Positions 34,101-45,529 of a stretch of DNA of 45,529 nt are shown here, piece after piece (positions within the stretch are counted from its first letter, which is position 1; each line of letters opens with the position of its first letter). The notes below the pieces were generated by a model that saw only the letters and a list, made by a program, of their open reading frames with translations, ran no database searches and had not been told where the DNA came from. Both the position numbers and the translations under genes were made by a program. This DNA comes from Spirogloea muscicola (lineage: Eukaryota): the NCBI GenBank assembly GCA_009602725.1, contig WELB01000004.1, positions 1,439,048 through 1,484,576 of the forward strand, read 5' to 3'.

Positions 34101-37100
34101 TGTGCAGATTTGCTCCTTACGCACAATCTCGATCTCATGACTCAGTAGGAGACATTGTTTGCTACTCTCACTGAGGCAAGTTACTGTAGTGCATAAAGCT
34201 CGCAAAGATGATGGCAAGTTCTAACATGGACTACTTGAGCCGTGGATATCACATCACACAAAGGCTTTGCCCGTATCCATGATGGCTGTGTGCATGCTAA
34301 CACACTGTGGCATCCAATTGGAGCAAGTAAAGACTTGCCTGCAACCCAAGGGGTGTTGGTGGCAATGTTGCCTCCATACTGCACTCTGACTGGAATAGCT
34401 CGCAGACGAGCACATTCCAGTAGTCTAAACACACCTGCACACAGCTATCAAAAATCTCCTTGTGAGATGCCAAAGCAATTCTGCCACGATTCGTTGCTGC
34501 CCAAACACTTGACGAATGGATTAGAGGAGCATATGTACCACCCGTTTGCACAAAGCAGAGGGGTGACTGAATCAAGTATAGCTATGGTGCCAGCAAGGCG
34601 GGCAATAAGCTCGCTGCAGTCTTAACAAAGTGAATTATTTCTAATTAAGTAGAACCACTGAAGAACAAGAGCAACAACAGCATGCCAATCAAAAAGCATA
34701 GCTTACGAGCAAGAGCAAAGGTCAGAGAAGGTGTGAAGAAGACCAAGCAGCAACTTGATATTTCAGCTGGGCGTAGTCAAACCCAGCAATCAGGCTAGAG
34801 TGTAAGATGTACCTTGAAGACCTCAGTGTCCTCCACATACGAGATGTATATGAGGTAGTCAAGGCCGAACAAGAGGGGCTCTGGTGCTGCTTCCAGGACC
34901 TGGATGTGAGCCTGCGGACACATGCAACACACCTCAGAACCAGCTCACAAGCTACTGGAAGCAGGGAGCTCAACGCATTGTGGTGACACTGCAAGGGACT
35001 CATGAAGACGTTTATGTACAGGTGGCCATCCATTACGTTGTATGCTGACGGTTGGAGCAACTCGCAGGACCCAGAGGAATAATTACCAAGTGATGCCTTC
35101 AATATATACAAAAGCAAAGTGATGCAAGAAAATATATCCAGAGCTCACAACATGCATATGAATCTCACCTTGAAAAAGGACGTGAAGAAGAGTGCAAGGT
35201 TCTGAATGAAAGCCTGTGTACAGGGACAGCCAGGCACAACACCAGATATTGGATGTGAATGACAAAGTAGTGAGCTTAGCAAAAGTAAAGGAAATGGGAG
35301 CACTAGTCAGATTCGTAATTAGCTGGCCAAATTACTGCGAGACAAGGAGCTAAGTCCTTGACACGGCAAAGTTGCTGCTTGATAGCCCAATCTTACCTGA
35401 TCCTCATCACTGCCTACGTTATAGGCTTCAGGAATATTTGTAGAGAGCGGCAATATGGCCTGCAATGGCAGCCAAGAAATGCATCAGCATTAGGCATGCC
35501 ATATATTTTCTTGTTATGCATTATCAAAACAGCTTCTCCACCCTTTAAAGACCAGGGTCTACCGTCTGCAACATTTGGATGCATAATAGCTCTCTTGCCT
35601 GGAGCTGCTCCATGAAGAACGTGTATAGCTTGGCAAAGTGTGGATTGTAATAGTCGCCGAAGCTGAGAGCAGCCACCTGCAGCAACCACCCAAAGGCGAG
35701 GCACATGTTGGCAAGTGTTTTTAAGTAGGCATGATGAGTGGAATAGGCAGCACAGTGCCGATAGCAAGTGCCACTATAACACTCATATGCATCACCCACA
35801 GGCCCTACAATCCTTTTGATGGTCGGATGCATGTTTCCTCATTTGGCACTCCATTGCAAAGCATGAGCAAGCCATGTTGTGTGAATCAAAGTCACAAGCC
35901 CAGAGAAAGACGTGATTGTTGACTCCGAAGTTGACTCTCTGCGCCCCACGAAGTGACACGCTTGACACGATTTGATGCCATGGCTAATACAGAAAGAGAT
36001 CACGATCATGTATTCACCTCTGTGAGGCACTGCAATGCAAGATTTCTGTACGCCGGTATGGGGAAGAGTTTTAACAAACTCTCCAACTGCAGTGGACACG
36101 AGGCATATATGGCAGCAGATCAGCATTTGTGCCCTGTCATCTTGCTCCATGATCCTCCGCAAGCACGAGTACTTCTTACTGGCTACTAACACCCAGGACA
36201 AGTAATCAGCAACACTGTGCATCTCAAACTAGAGATTTATTGACAGCTCCTGCAGATGGGATATTGACATGAGCTCCAAGGGGGGGAGACTGACCAGAGT
36301 GGACTCAAAGATGTAGCCCAATGGTATCCAAGAGAGGAAGGCATGCAGCGTGGAGAGCGTCGCCCTGGTCAGTGAGGGCCGCTGCGAGGCAGCGAGAACA
36401 TACTGGCAGAGCTCGTGGACCAGCTGGAACTCGCTGCACCAGCAGTGCACACACAAAAGCCACATTGCTGTCACTGCCAGGAAGAGTCTGGAGCCTGAAG
36501 CAGAGGCCCATTCACCGAAGAGAACAGCGGCACATATGTGCACATGAGTGGCAGCCAGCTTACCTGTTGAGCGATTGTTTCAAGTCCTTGATTTTCTGCT
36601 GAGTCATCTCTCCGCGCGAGAAGTCGAAGACCTCCTCACTCAGGAGCTGTAAGTGGATAGATGATGATTGTGAGCTCGATCCAGCTCTCAAGCTATGCAG
36701 AAAATGGAAGGCATCCATAGATTGACTGGACACATGATTACGTTGCATGGATGTCAGCTTCTCAGGCATATGCAGCCACCTTCGTGAAGCAAAAGTACCT
36801 TAAGAATGACCATGCAATTTTCACACAGGGTTTCACTGCTCCTTGCAGCTGTCACAAGGTCTGGTATGAAGTTTGGCCAACGTTGCGGCCACTCATGCTT
36901 GAGGACCTGCCCCAACATGGACATATACAGTCATCAGACACAGCAAGCTCAGAGGGCCAGAGCCAAATAACGTCTGACAATGTCAAGAAACTGAAGTCAC
37001 AGAGGTGGCTGCATGACCCGATTGCCCAGGACATAGCCACTGGGACTACGAATCCTTCAAGCCGCACTCTAAGCAGTACTAGCCAGGTTGATGCAGGACA

Positions 37101-38326
37101 CAAAAACAACCAGTGAGATGGTGGGGCAATCTTTTCATGCCTGGACTAGAATGATGTTGAGCTTATTTAGGTACAATCGCTCAGAGCGGAATGTCGTCTC
37201 ATCTCGTGATATCTGCAGGAAAACGGAAATGATGGACAGCTCCTTGACTCAGGGAGTTGTTATCGACGACAGACAACCCTGCATGCATGCTGAACACGGC
37301 ACGACCTTGGCAGTGCAGCTACCTGGTCAAGGCATAATTTGATAGAGGACTTACTGCTAGAGAAAAGCCCTACCTGAACAATCAAATCAGAGATGTAGTT
37401 CTTGATTCCGTCCCTCTGCTCCACAGGAAGGGCGTTCCACCGATACTTGATGACACCCTCTAAGACCTGGAAAGGGCCAGACAAGGAAGAGCATGCTGCA
37501 ACATTAATACAAAGGCCACGAAGACACCAATACATGAAGCCTCAGGATCTTGTCGTTCACTATGAAGGCAACTTGGGTCTCACTTCTTCTGACGACCATG
37601 TGCAAGTGGGCATTGCTACTTGTCCAAGACGAGAAAAGTAGCTGAGTTTCAGGGAAAGTACTTCAATGCACGTCCCCTTGCCTAGCCAAGCGTCTGCACA
37701 AAACCTTTGCTAAGGATAATACAGCAGTTGAGCAGACTAACTACTGCTGCAGATGCTAGCCTTCGTGACACCCTAGAGGACTTCGCATCATGGGAGCTCA
37801 CCTGTAGGGCGAAGAACTTGGAGTTCTGGTTGCGGCTGGTCTGGAGGACCGACACGACGCGCGTCCAGGTCTCGGGATGCTCTTGGAGGGCTCTCAGGAC
37901 GCGCTCCGCAGCAGCCCGCTGCAGGCATCGAGGAGGAGCCCGCGGATGGCATCGATGACACACCAGCTCAAACGGTACCAAGCAGGCTGAGTGCCGACCG
38001 CGCGACGACCGCGAGACGGACGCACGTACAGTACAGCGCCACTAGCTGCTATGGTCTTTGAGCTTCGGGCCAGAAGCTCCAACTCGTCATCTTCTGTGTC
38101 AAGGCCTACCATGGACGAGCAGGCTTGGCCATGAGAGCCTCTAAGCCCCATTTGAGCTTCCGCAGGAGCTTCTGGTGCGGAAGGAGTCGTTGGCAACTCA
38201 CTGTACCTTAGTGGCTATTTAGTGGCTTACCTCGTCTTTGGATCCGGTGCCGTAGAAGGCGTCGATGGTGGAGTCGAGGAGGGCGACGTCGAGCGGCTGC
38301 GAGAAGTCGAGGAGCCGCTCCGCCAT
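28193..38326 (-). CDS. XPO1: Exportin-1 (CRM1), about 31-exon gene span
   Basis: Starts [32 protein letters not shown]. Exons include [42 protein letters not shown], acidic loop [137 protein letters not shown]. Ends [17 protein letters not shown]. Confidence 0.97.
29262..29288 (+). repeat. (GACA)n microsatellite in an XPO1 intron
   Basis: gatagacagacagacagaccgacagac, directly after the donor of the candidate 45-nt exon. Confidence 0.8.
29293..29337 (-). other. Candidate 45-nt alternative XPO1 exon resembling the 3' end of the preceding exon
   Basis: ttgcag|TATACC...AACTTCCAG|gtaggt; [15 protein letters not shown] versus upstream exon end [13 protein letters not shown] (ends at 29551). Confidence 0.45.
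32757..32854 (-). CDS. XPO1: XPO1 NES-groove exon, duplicated alternative copy B (98 nt), candidate mutually exclusive exon
   Basis: tgcag|GAGAGC...GACATCAT|gtaggc; [32 protein letters not shown](M). Same length and phases as copy A, no stops or indels. Confidence 0.8.
32968..33065 (-). CDS. XPO1: XPO1 NES-groove exon, canonical copy A (98 nt)
   Basis: tgcag|GAGAAT...AACATCAT|gtacga; [32 protein letters not shown](M); phase 0 to phase 2. Confidence 0.95.
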
Positions 38327-38917
38327 CCCGCCACCCCGCAGGCTGCGGCCACCGCACGAGCCGCCGTCGCGGTCCTAGCCGCCGCCGCTGCCGCCACCGC
38401 CGCCGCCGCCGCCGCCGCTGGTGCCGCAGTCGTCGCCTTGGAAGGAGGCGGCGGACATGGAGCGCTGGAAGCTCGGCAGCGGCGGCGGCGGCTTCTTGCG
38501 CACGGCGGCGTACTCGGGCGTCTCCGGCCGACGCTCCGGCGACGGCGTAGCGCCNGGGGGCCCACCGCCCGTCTCCGTCGCCCCCGACGCGACGTTGCTC
38601 GCCACGCGGCTGACTTCGTCGGCGCCCAACGCGACGGGACGCCCACCTTCTGTCAACGGCAGTGGCGTCTCGTTGTCGTCCCAGCCAACGGTCTTTTTTC
38701 CACCCCTCCCCCATTTTCCCCTCCCCTCCCTCAGATTTCGCCACTTCGCCACAGCAGCGCTCGCCGCCGCCTCCGCCGCCGCCGCCGCAGCCGCCGCCGC
38801 AGCCGCCGCCGCAGCCGCCGGTGCCTTGCACGGGCAAGCAGGGCGAGCAGGCGGTCCTGTCAGCAACCGCATCAGCCGCCGGCCGCGAGTCATCGAACGC
38901 GGCGAGCCCGGCGAGCC

Positions 38918-41900
38918 ATGGCGTCGTGGAAGCACCGGCGCCGCAGCCTCGCTGTCTTCCTCGTGCTCCTAGCCAGCGCTGTGGAGGTCGCTGCTGAGGC
39001 CAGCCGCAAGGAGGGTGAGTCGACAGAATGGTCTCCTGTCAAGAATACCCCAAGCCTCTGATTGTGTTCTGATGCTGCCTTTGTCGAGTAGCACCCTGCC
39101 TTGTGAATGAAGAGACCTGCCGTTGGTAGCCCTGTCGATCTCTGTGCCTTGCCTACAAGCTCTTGTAACCACTTCAGGAGCCTCCATCACTAGCACGATG
39201 CAGTGTCTCTGTTGTGTGCCAGAACCATGACAGAATGTACAGTAGCTTCCTATTAGTGTAGGCCCTTGAGATTCTGTGATCGCACGTCTCACCCCTCATC
39301 TTTCGTCGAGCAGTGGAAGCTCTGAAGCAGATATACGCTTCGTTTGGGAAGCCCATCGCTCTGTTGGATTGGACTGGACAACATCCCTGCCGTGACAGCT
39401 GGTCAGGGGTTGTATGCGACAACAGCCACCCTCAGCATGTCGTTGGCTTGTGAGTGACATGATCGTTTGAGTTGCATATATCCTACAGTTAGGCATTCTG
39501 AAAGACCACTGCTACATGTCTGCAGTTGCGAAGTAGGCCTTTCCTATTCATAGACTATTGGGTGCTGCGCGCCAGTTAGCAGGGAGCTAGACCTTGCTGC
39601 AGTGAGATGCAGTGGGTGCTGAGGGTCTTAAGAAAGTCTCTGCATGTTCCTCTGCATTCTGGTGGTCCTTTTCGTAAGACAAGCCATCGTCCAAGCATTA
39701 CTTTGCAATCCTTCTATCTTCTTGCTCATCTGGTACCATCTGCTTGTAGATTGTTGGGCAGCATGCGCCTGTATGGAGACATTCCAGCAGCCATCTTCAA
39801 GCTGAAGTACATCAGGACTTTGTGAGTGATAGGCCACTTCAAAGGGATTATGTTGTGCAGACGGGTACATGACTGGTCTGACATGACAGATAGTAAAAGG
39901 GGTTGCCAATGCCAAAGAGCGGTTCAGCATCAATCAAGGTGATAGTAGTATGCTACATGGTCTCAACAGATTAAGGAGGTCTTCTTGCATGCACATATGA
40001 AAGTGCTCATTGTTACAGCCTTATGGTTGCACTTACAAGGGTGTTCATCTCAATGTGTCCACTTACAGTCCTTTCCTTGTCACATCTTGTGGCACGTTGT
40101 GGCTCCAGGCTTGAGATGCTCCAGCAATGACAGAAGCGCACAGCTTGTGCGCCAGGAATATGTATGTCGCAAGGCATGTCAGTCTGAACGCATCAAGCGC
40201 CTTCTTATTGTCGCTAAGCAACCTGCTGTGTACTGCAGCTTTTTGCAGAAGGTGTTCAGAGACATCACTGCAGGCTCACTGAACCTGGGGAGCTGATACT
40301 TGCACCTGTTGATTGCACAGGGACCTCAGCACAAATGGCATTTCTGGAAGCATCCCGGAGTGGCTTGGGCACCTCAGTAGTCTGCAAACTCTGTAAGTTC
40401 CACAGAAGTGGGTACTGTGGCTTACTCTTGCAGTGGTTGCTGGCAGTCGAATAAGGCAAACGCTGTAGCCTCCAGTTGCATGATGCAGGTAAAGAGCAGG
40501 ATGATGTTGGTGATAGCATCTACGGCCTCTGCTTGAGTTGGACAGTCCTGTCTGACCACGTCCAATAGCAGGTCTTAGGTGTATGATGCCAAGGCAATAT
40601 GGTTGAATCGTGATAATCTGTCTCCTCACTGGCAGTGAGCTGGAGCATAATCACCTCACAGGAGCGATTCCTAAATCTCTTGCACATCTGACAAAGCTCA
40701 CGTGAGTGCTCATAAAGCCCAATTTACGACTGACCCCCTCTTGTGATGACGTGTTAGTAGCTACAGAATGTACATTATCTCACTAAGCCCTCAGTGCTGC
40801 AACAGGTACGACACCGGTAGTCTGTGTGAGGCAACCACCCCAGGTTGCGTCGCAAATGCACCACCCAGCACCTATCCAACTCCACAAGCCTCCACGCCAC
40901 CAGCACCGCACCCAAGCACACCAGATAAACCCAAACCCCCGGCTCGCCGCAGCCCTTCTCCAGCGACACTCGTCACAACTTCCCATCCACCAAAGTTGGT
41001 GTCACCACCAACAGCAGCAGTACACAGTGCTCCACCTCCTGAATCATGTGTCATTGAGGATCCTTGGCCATGCATCTGCTCGGGCGGTTACCAAGGCCTG
41101 GAGACCTGCAAGTCTACACTCTCAAGCACTTTGTGCAGTTGTGATACATGTAAGTCTTGTGTTTTCATTCAGCCCAGAGAACAACGTCCTTATGATTAGT
41201 TGCCACTGATGTTGTCTAGATTGAAGCACGTATGTGATTATTTCTACCTCACTCAAGCTTACTTGAGACATCAACCAGTGTGTTCTTTGTCAAAGTTTTG
41301 TTGAAGCATGAAGTGCCGTAAGCTGATAGTAACAATCAGCAAGCAGTAGGGCTTGTACTTTGTAAGTCCCTCTGACCTTCATGCAATCGCCAATGTGTGC
41401 CAGCATGCCCAGCCTGTCCGGCAGCTCAGTTGTTGTTACAGCAACAAGAGTCCAGCTGTCAATGCTCGGCGCCTATGATGGTCAAGGTGCGGCTGTTCGC
41501 AGCAAATTTCAGTACCTTTGCACCCTCAGACCAGCGAAGCTTCATCTCACAATTTTCACACCTGCTGCATGCCAGCCAAACACAGGTATACCTTTTCAAT
41601 ACTCAAACAATTTCGTGAACAGGTGAAGTTATTGCAATGTCGTATGCAGTGCACCTTATTGAATGCTCTTTTGAGGTTTATATGTGTTGCATTCTGCCAG
41701 ACATCTTCACATGACGATGAAATATGCTGATGCTGGCACGCAATGTTTGCCCGCATGTCCAGGGGCGTCTGTCCTGTCTCCGGTACTCAACTCGGCTTGC
41801 TGGATGCAGATGACGGTGTTGTCAAGGCAAGCTGGCAGCGTAATCCTCGATCTGGCGCTCTTGCCAGTAGCAGGACCATTCTTTTCCGCAGAGGACGTCT

Positions 41901-44269
41901 CCACGCTGCGCAAGCAGCTACTGGCGCTGAATGGCACACTGGTGCATCCACAATTGGGTCCGTACATCATCTTGAGTATCACCGACCCTTGGCAAACTGG
42001 TGAGTGAGTAGCTAGTAGCAGGCTCTGTATATCTGCTCATTTGACGACACAATAGCAGCAGAAGGTTTCAAGACGAAGTCATCCTGCACATTGTGCACAT
42101 CTAGGACTCAACTTGTTAGAGATGATCTGAGCCCAAGCTCTGTAGCATGTGCACATTGCTAAATTGATGCCTTTTGGATTGTGTTGGAGTCACTGTCTCA
42201 AGACTTTTTCTTGCTTGTACCTTGCTGCTGGCTTCTTCTTGGATAAATTTGTAAGGCAGCCCTTGCGATTGTAACAGGAGTCACATCCAAGCGGCGCTCT
42301 GTCCCACTCATTTACATCATCCCAATCGTATTAAGTGCCGCAGCTCTGGTGGCTCTAGCAATTGCACTGATAGTATACAGAGAGATGCGTTTGGGTAGTA
42401 TCAGGAAGTCCACAACCATCATGGGACCCTATGATATGAGTCATCCTTTCCAACAGTTGCCCAGCCGACCAAACTCTTTTGATGGCAATGAGGCTCCTGC
42501 TCCACGTAAAGACGATGATCGCAATAGTGGTATGAAGACTCTACGACTCACCCAGATCATGACTGCTTGCTATGTTTCTCTGAAGCAAGGAATGTGTCAT
42601 CAATCCTCCTGCTGACCATCTCTTCTTCTTCTTCTTCTTTTTTGTGTTACTTTGATGCTCCCCAGATCCACCTCTACCAGTTGAGACTGTGCCAGAAGAG
42701 ACAGTTCTCAGCGTCAAGGTTTTGCAAGTACCGTACGAGGAGCTGTACATGAGCAGCGGTGGTTTCAACGAAGGGCATCGGATCAGCTCCGGAGAGGGCA
42801 GTGCTGTATACAGGGGCACTCTTGCAAATGGGCAAGACGTTGCCATCAAGCATTTACGCGGGAGAAGTGGCCAGGGCCTGACCAGTCAGTTCCGCGCTGA
42901 GGTATGCGACCATGCGATCACCTCATTTGCAGCTTTTGCAGGACTGCAGGTCATACCTTCCTACAATTTTTAAGGAAGGCTGAGATATGTTGTACCATTC
43001 TTGATATATGTGCCCTCTTCATTTTCTCGAGCAGGTGGAAGTCCTGTCAAAGGCACAGCACCTCAATCTTGTGAACTTCATAGGCTACTGTACTGAAAGG
43101 AACGAGCAGCTCATTGTGACACAATTCGCGCCAAATGGGACGCTCAGAGAGCATCTCGACTTCAGTGCGGGCAAGAAGGGTCTGAGCTGGGAAGCAAGGA
43201 TATGTGTTGCTCTTGGTGCTGCCAGAGGCATGGAGTACCTCCACGATTCAGCCCCTGTACCTATCCTGCACGGCGACCTGAAGTCTAGGAACATCCTGCT
43301 GGATGAGAAATGGCGAGCAAAAGTGAGGACTCTTCCCTAAGACTTTTACTTGCTTGCTAGCACAGGGATATTGGACGAAGATGCTGCCAAGACATTGCTC
43401 ATTGATCATCATGACTCGTAAGTTCTCATTTATGCAAGATCTGCATCCTCCAGGTCTCCAGCTTTGGTGTAGCCAGGCCGGCAACACCCGCGGCAGGGGC
43501 GCGTTCATCATCCATTGCTGGGGTTTTAGGCAACTCTGGCTATCAGGCCCCCGAGCAGGCAAACATGGGCTTGACTACAATCAAGAGTGATGTATTCAGG
43601 TATTGTTGCATTCTCGCTGCATGCACTTACAGCATGTCTGGGTCTGAGCATCTCAAGAGCATCTCAAGAGCCGCAGAATGGGAGACCCACATTGATTGGC
43701 CTTGTCAGCAGTTCATAGATGCCCAACGCTGCTGCGACAACTTGTCACTGCCCATAAGCCGTGTGTCAAGGAGAAGAGAAATAAAGAATTAATGAATGGT
43801 GAGCCGGAGACATCCACTCCTTGTGCAGCTTTGGGGTGGTCCTGTTGGAGCTGCTGACAGGCCGGAAGTCCATCGACCATAGTCGGCCAGAGGGCCAGGA
43901 GAGCCTCGTTCTTTGGGTGAGTCTTGTGTCTGGCAATGAATTTTGTAACTCGCGAGCTTGCAGAGCTTGTCTGCGAAACACTGCAGTCTGACAGAAGCTC
44001 ATGACATGCTGACATCCTGATAAATCCCATTTCGTCTGGATACTGTGCAGGCTGTCCCACTGCTGCAGAAAGCAGCCAGCGAGGCAGACAAGATCGTCGA
44101 CCCGGCCTTGAGGGGCCGCTACCCCGTGCACGGCATGGAGCAGCTCGCCCGGCTCGCCTGGGCGTGCCTGCAGGCACAGCCGGCGAGCCGGCCGGACATG
44201 CCAGCAGTTGTAGACGTGCTGGTCCAGCTGATGCCAGAGCACCGCAAGCTGCAGGAGCAGTCAACGTGA
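38918..44269 (+). CDS. LRR receptor-like kinase (RLK/Pelle) with Pro-rich and juxtamembrane ectodomain; kinase probably atypical or inactive
   Basis: Signal peptide [31 protein letters not shown] exon [17 protein letters not shown]; three short LRR exons ([40 protein letters not shown]); Pro-rich exon near 40807-41150; [25 protein letters not shown] near 42310-42380; kinase [60 protein letters not shown]; stop at 44269. Confidence 0.9.
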
Positions 44270-45339
44270 GCAGAGCTGCCGTCTTGCAGCCACTGTAATT
44301 GACAGTTACCCAACAGCTCCCGTAACCTACCTCTTAAACATTCCATCTCGGGTTATATACTCTCCAACTTCTAGTGGTAGTAGTGTGCAGGAGTCGTGGT
44401 CCTATAGATTATCACCCCATCCCATCCCTGAACTTCCTGGGAATTGGGCACTTAGGATTGATGCACTTGGGTTTCGCTTGCAGCAGCTTCGCTGGGCAGC
44501 AGCCATGGAAACCATTCCAAGGACTTATCATTCGTGATAGACCTGTAGCTTTTGCCCACAAGCGAAATTGCAGTGACCAGCACAACTGATGTCAGCAGCC
44601 AGAGACTATCATGTATGACCTTCATGCACAGTGCTCAATGGAATACATTGTGCAGTTTCTTTATGAATCTGCAGTGAGTATTGCAGCAAATCACCTGCTG
44701 CCAAACCCACCAGAGCAAGAACTGCTTGCAGCATTGGCGCTTCTTTCTACATATTCTTCGAAGTGCTATATATCCGCAGCTCAAGAGCAAGCGGCTAGGC
44801 AGTCACCTGGGACGCATCCAGCATGTACCACCATTGCCTGCTCCCTGCCTACCACCTTATGCAGCCAGAATGACACCTGCTTGTTTGTTAGCCGGCTTTG
44901 AAATCAGGGGGCTGTGTCCAACTTGCGGCAGCGGGGCTGACTACCTGCGGCAGCATGGCTGACTACCTGACCGAGTGCCTGCTTGGCACAGGCTTCCCCT
45001 GCTGTTGGCGCTTGTTTTGTGCGAGAAACGCCGTCAAGCAATCCAAGTGGTATTGCAATGAACAGCCGGGAACAGGGATAGCCGCAGCTGCCGGACCGCT
45101 GGAAGGCCACCCGGCCTGCTGTGCTCGGCCGTTGGCGCTGCGCTTGCTTGCGGCCCCCGGTGGCGCGCCGTCACCTGTCCCCGCGGTACTCGCCGATCCC
45201 CAAGAGGTCCTTAGCCCAAGCAACACAAAACCCCCACAGCAACTCGCCATGCTCAGCAACGAGGAGCGTGGCGGCAACGAGTCACACGGACGGCAGCGCA
45301 ACATTGCGGCAGAGGAGCCGCTGAGCCGGCGGGGGAACC

Positions 45340-45460
45340 TGGCAGGCGCGCGTCTTGGCGCGGGTCTCCGCCGTGCACGGCACGTCGTTGTTGGGCTTGG
45401 CGAACCGCTTCTCGGCGCGGTCGCACGAGCCCCACGCCTCGGCGAACCGGCCGGACCTGC
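45340..45460 (-). CDS. Possible exon of an unidentified gene entering from the right edge
   Basis: GC3-rich open frame SGRFAEAWGSCDRAEKRFAKPNNDVPCTAETRAKTRACQ bounded by gcag and gttccc; no family recognised. Confidence 0.25.
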
Positions 45461-45529
45461 CGCCGCGCCCTCTGCCCATCAGGCTTGCAGACGGGCAGCG
45501 GCGACTGCGGGGGCGGCGGCGGCGGCGGC

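Noticed and set aside
1..45529. tRNA, rRNA or other structured RNA genes
   Set aside because: None recognised by eye; intronic snoRNAs cannot be excluded without an Rfam scan.

Overview
Eukaryotic, intron-rich, GC-rich genomic DNA. A streptophyte green alga is the most likely source, inferred from plant-type XPO1 and ATM3, a Pelle-family LRR receptor kinase and TTTAGGG-like repeats; the species cannot be fixed. Four recognisable multi-exon genes: RNA polymerase III subunit RPC3 (+, 4569-9279), mitochondrial ABC half-transporter ATM3/ABCB7 (-, 20531-25394), exportin-1 XPO1/CRM1 (-, 28193-38326) and a divergently transcribed LRR receptor-like kinase with degenerate catalytic motifs (+, 38918-44269). 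Two tandem paralogous minus-strand genes (about 10.0-11.7 kb and 16.0-17.9 kb) encode an unrecognised Cys-rich repeat built from a two-exon module. Intergenic DNA holds clusters of 5'-truncated CRE-like (restriction-like endonuclease) non-LTR retroelement ends, mostly ending in LTRGY-stop, with hairpin-rich 3' tails. The top finding is in XPO1: two tandem 98-nt homologous exons with identical splice phases encode the NES-binding groove, and the second copy has Ser at the leptomycin B target Cys (human C528 equivalent). This is a candidate mutually exclusive exon switch of export receptor specificity. Assembly gaps: an N run at 4211-4494 and single Ns near 18275, 25318 and 38555.
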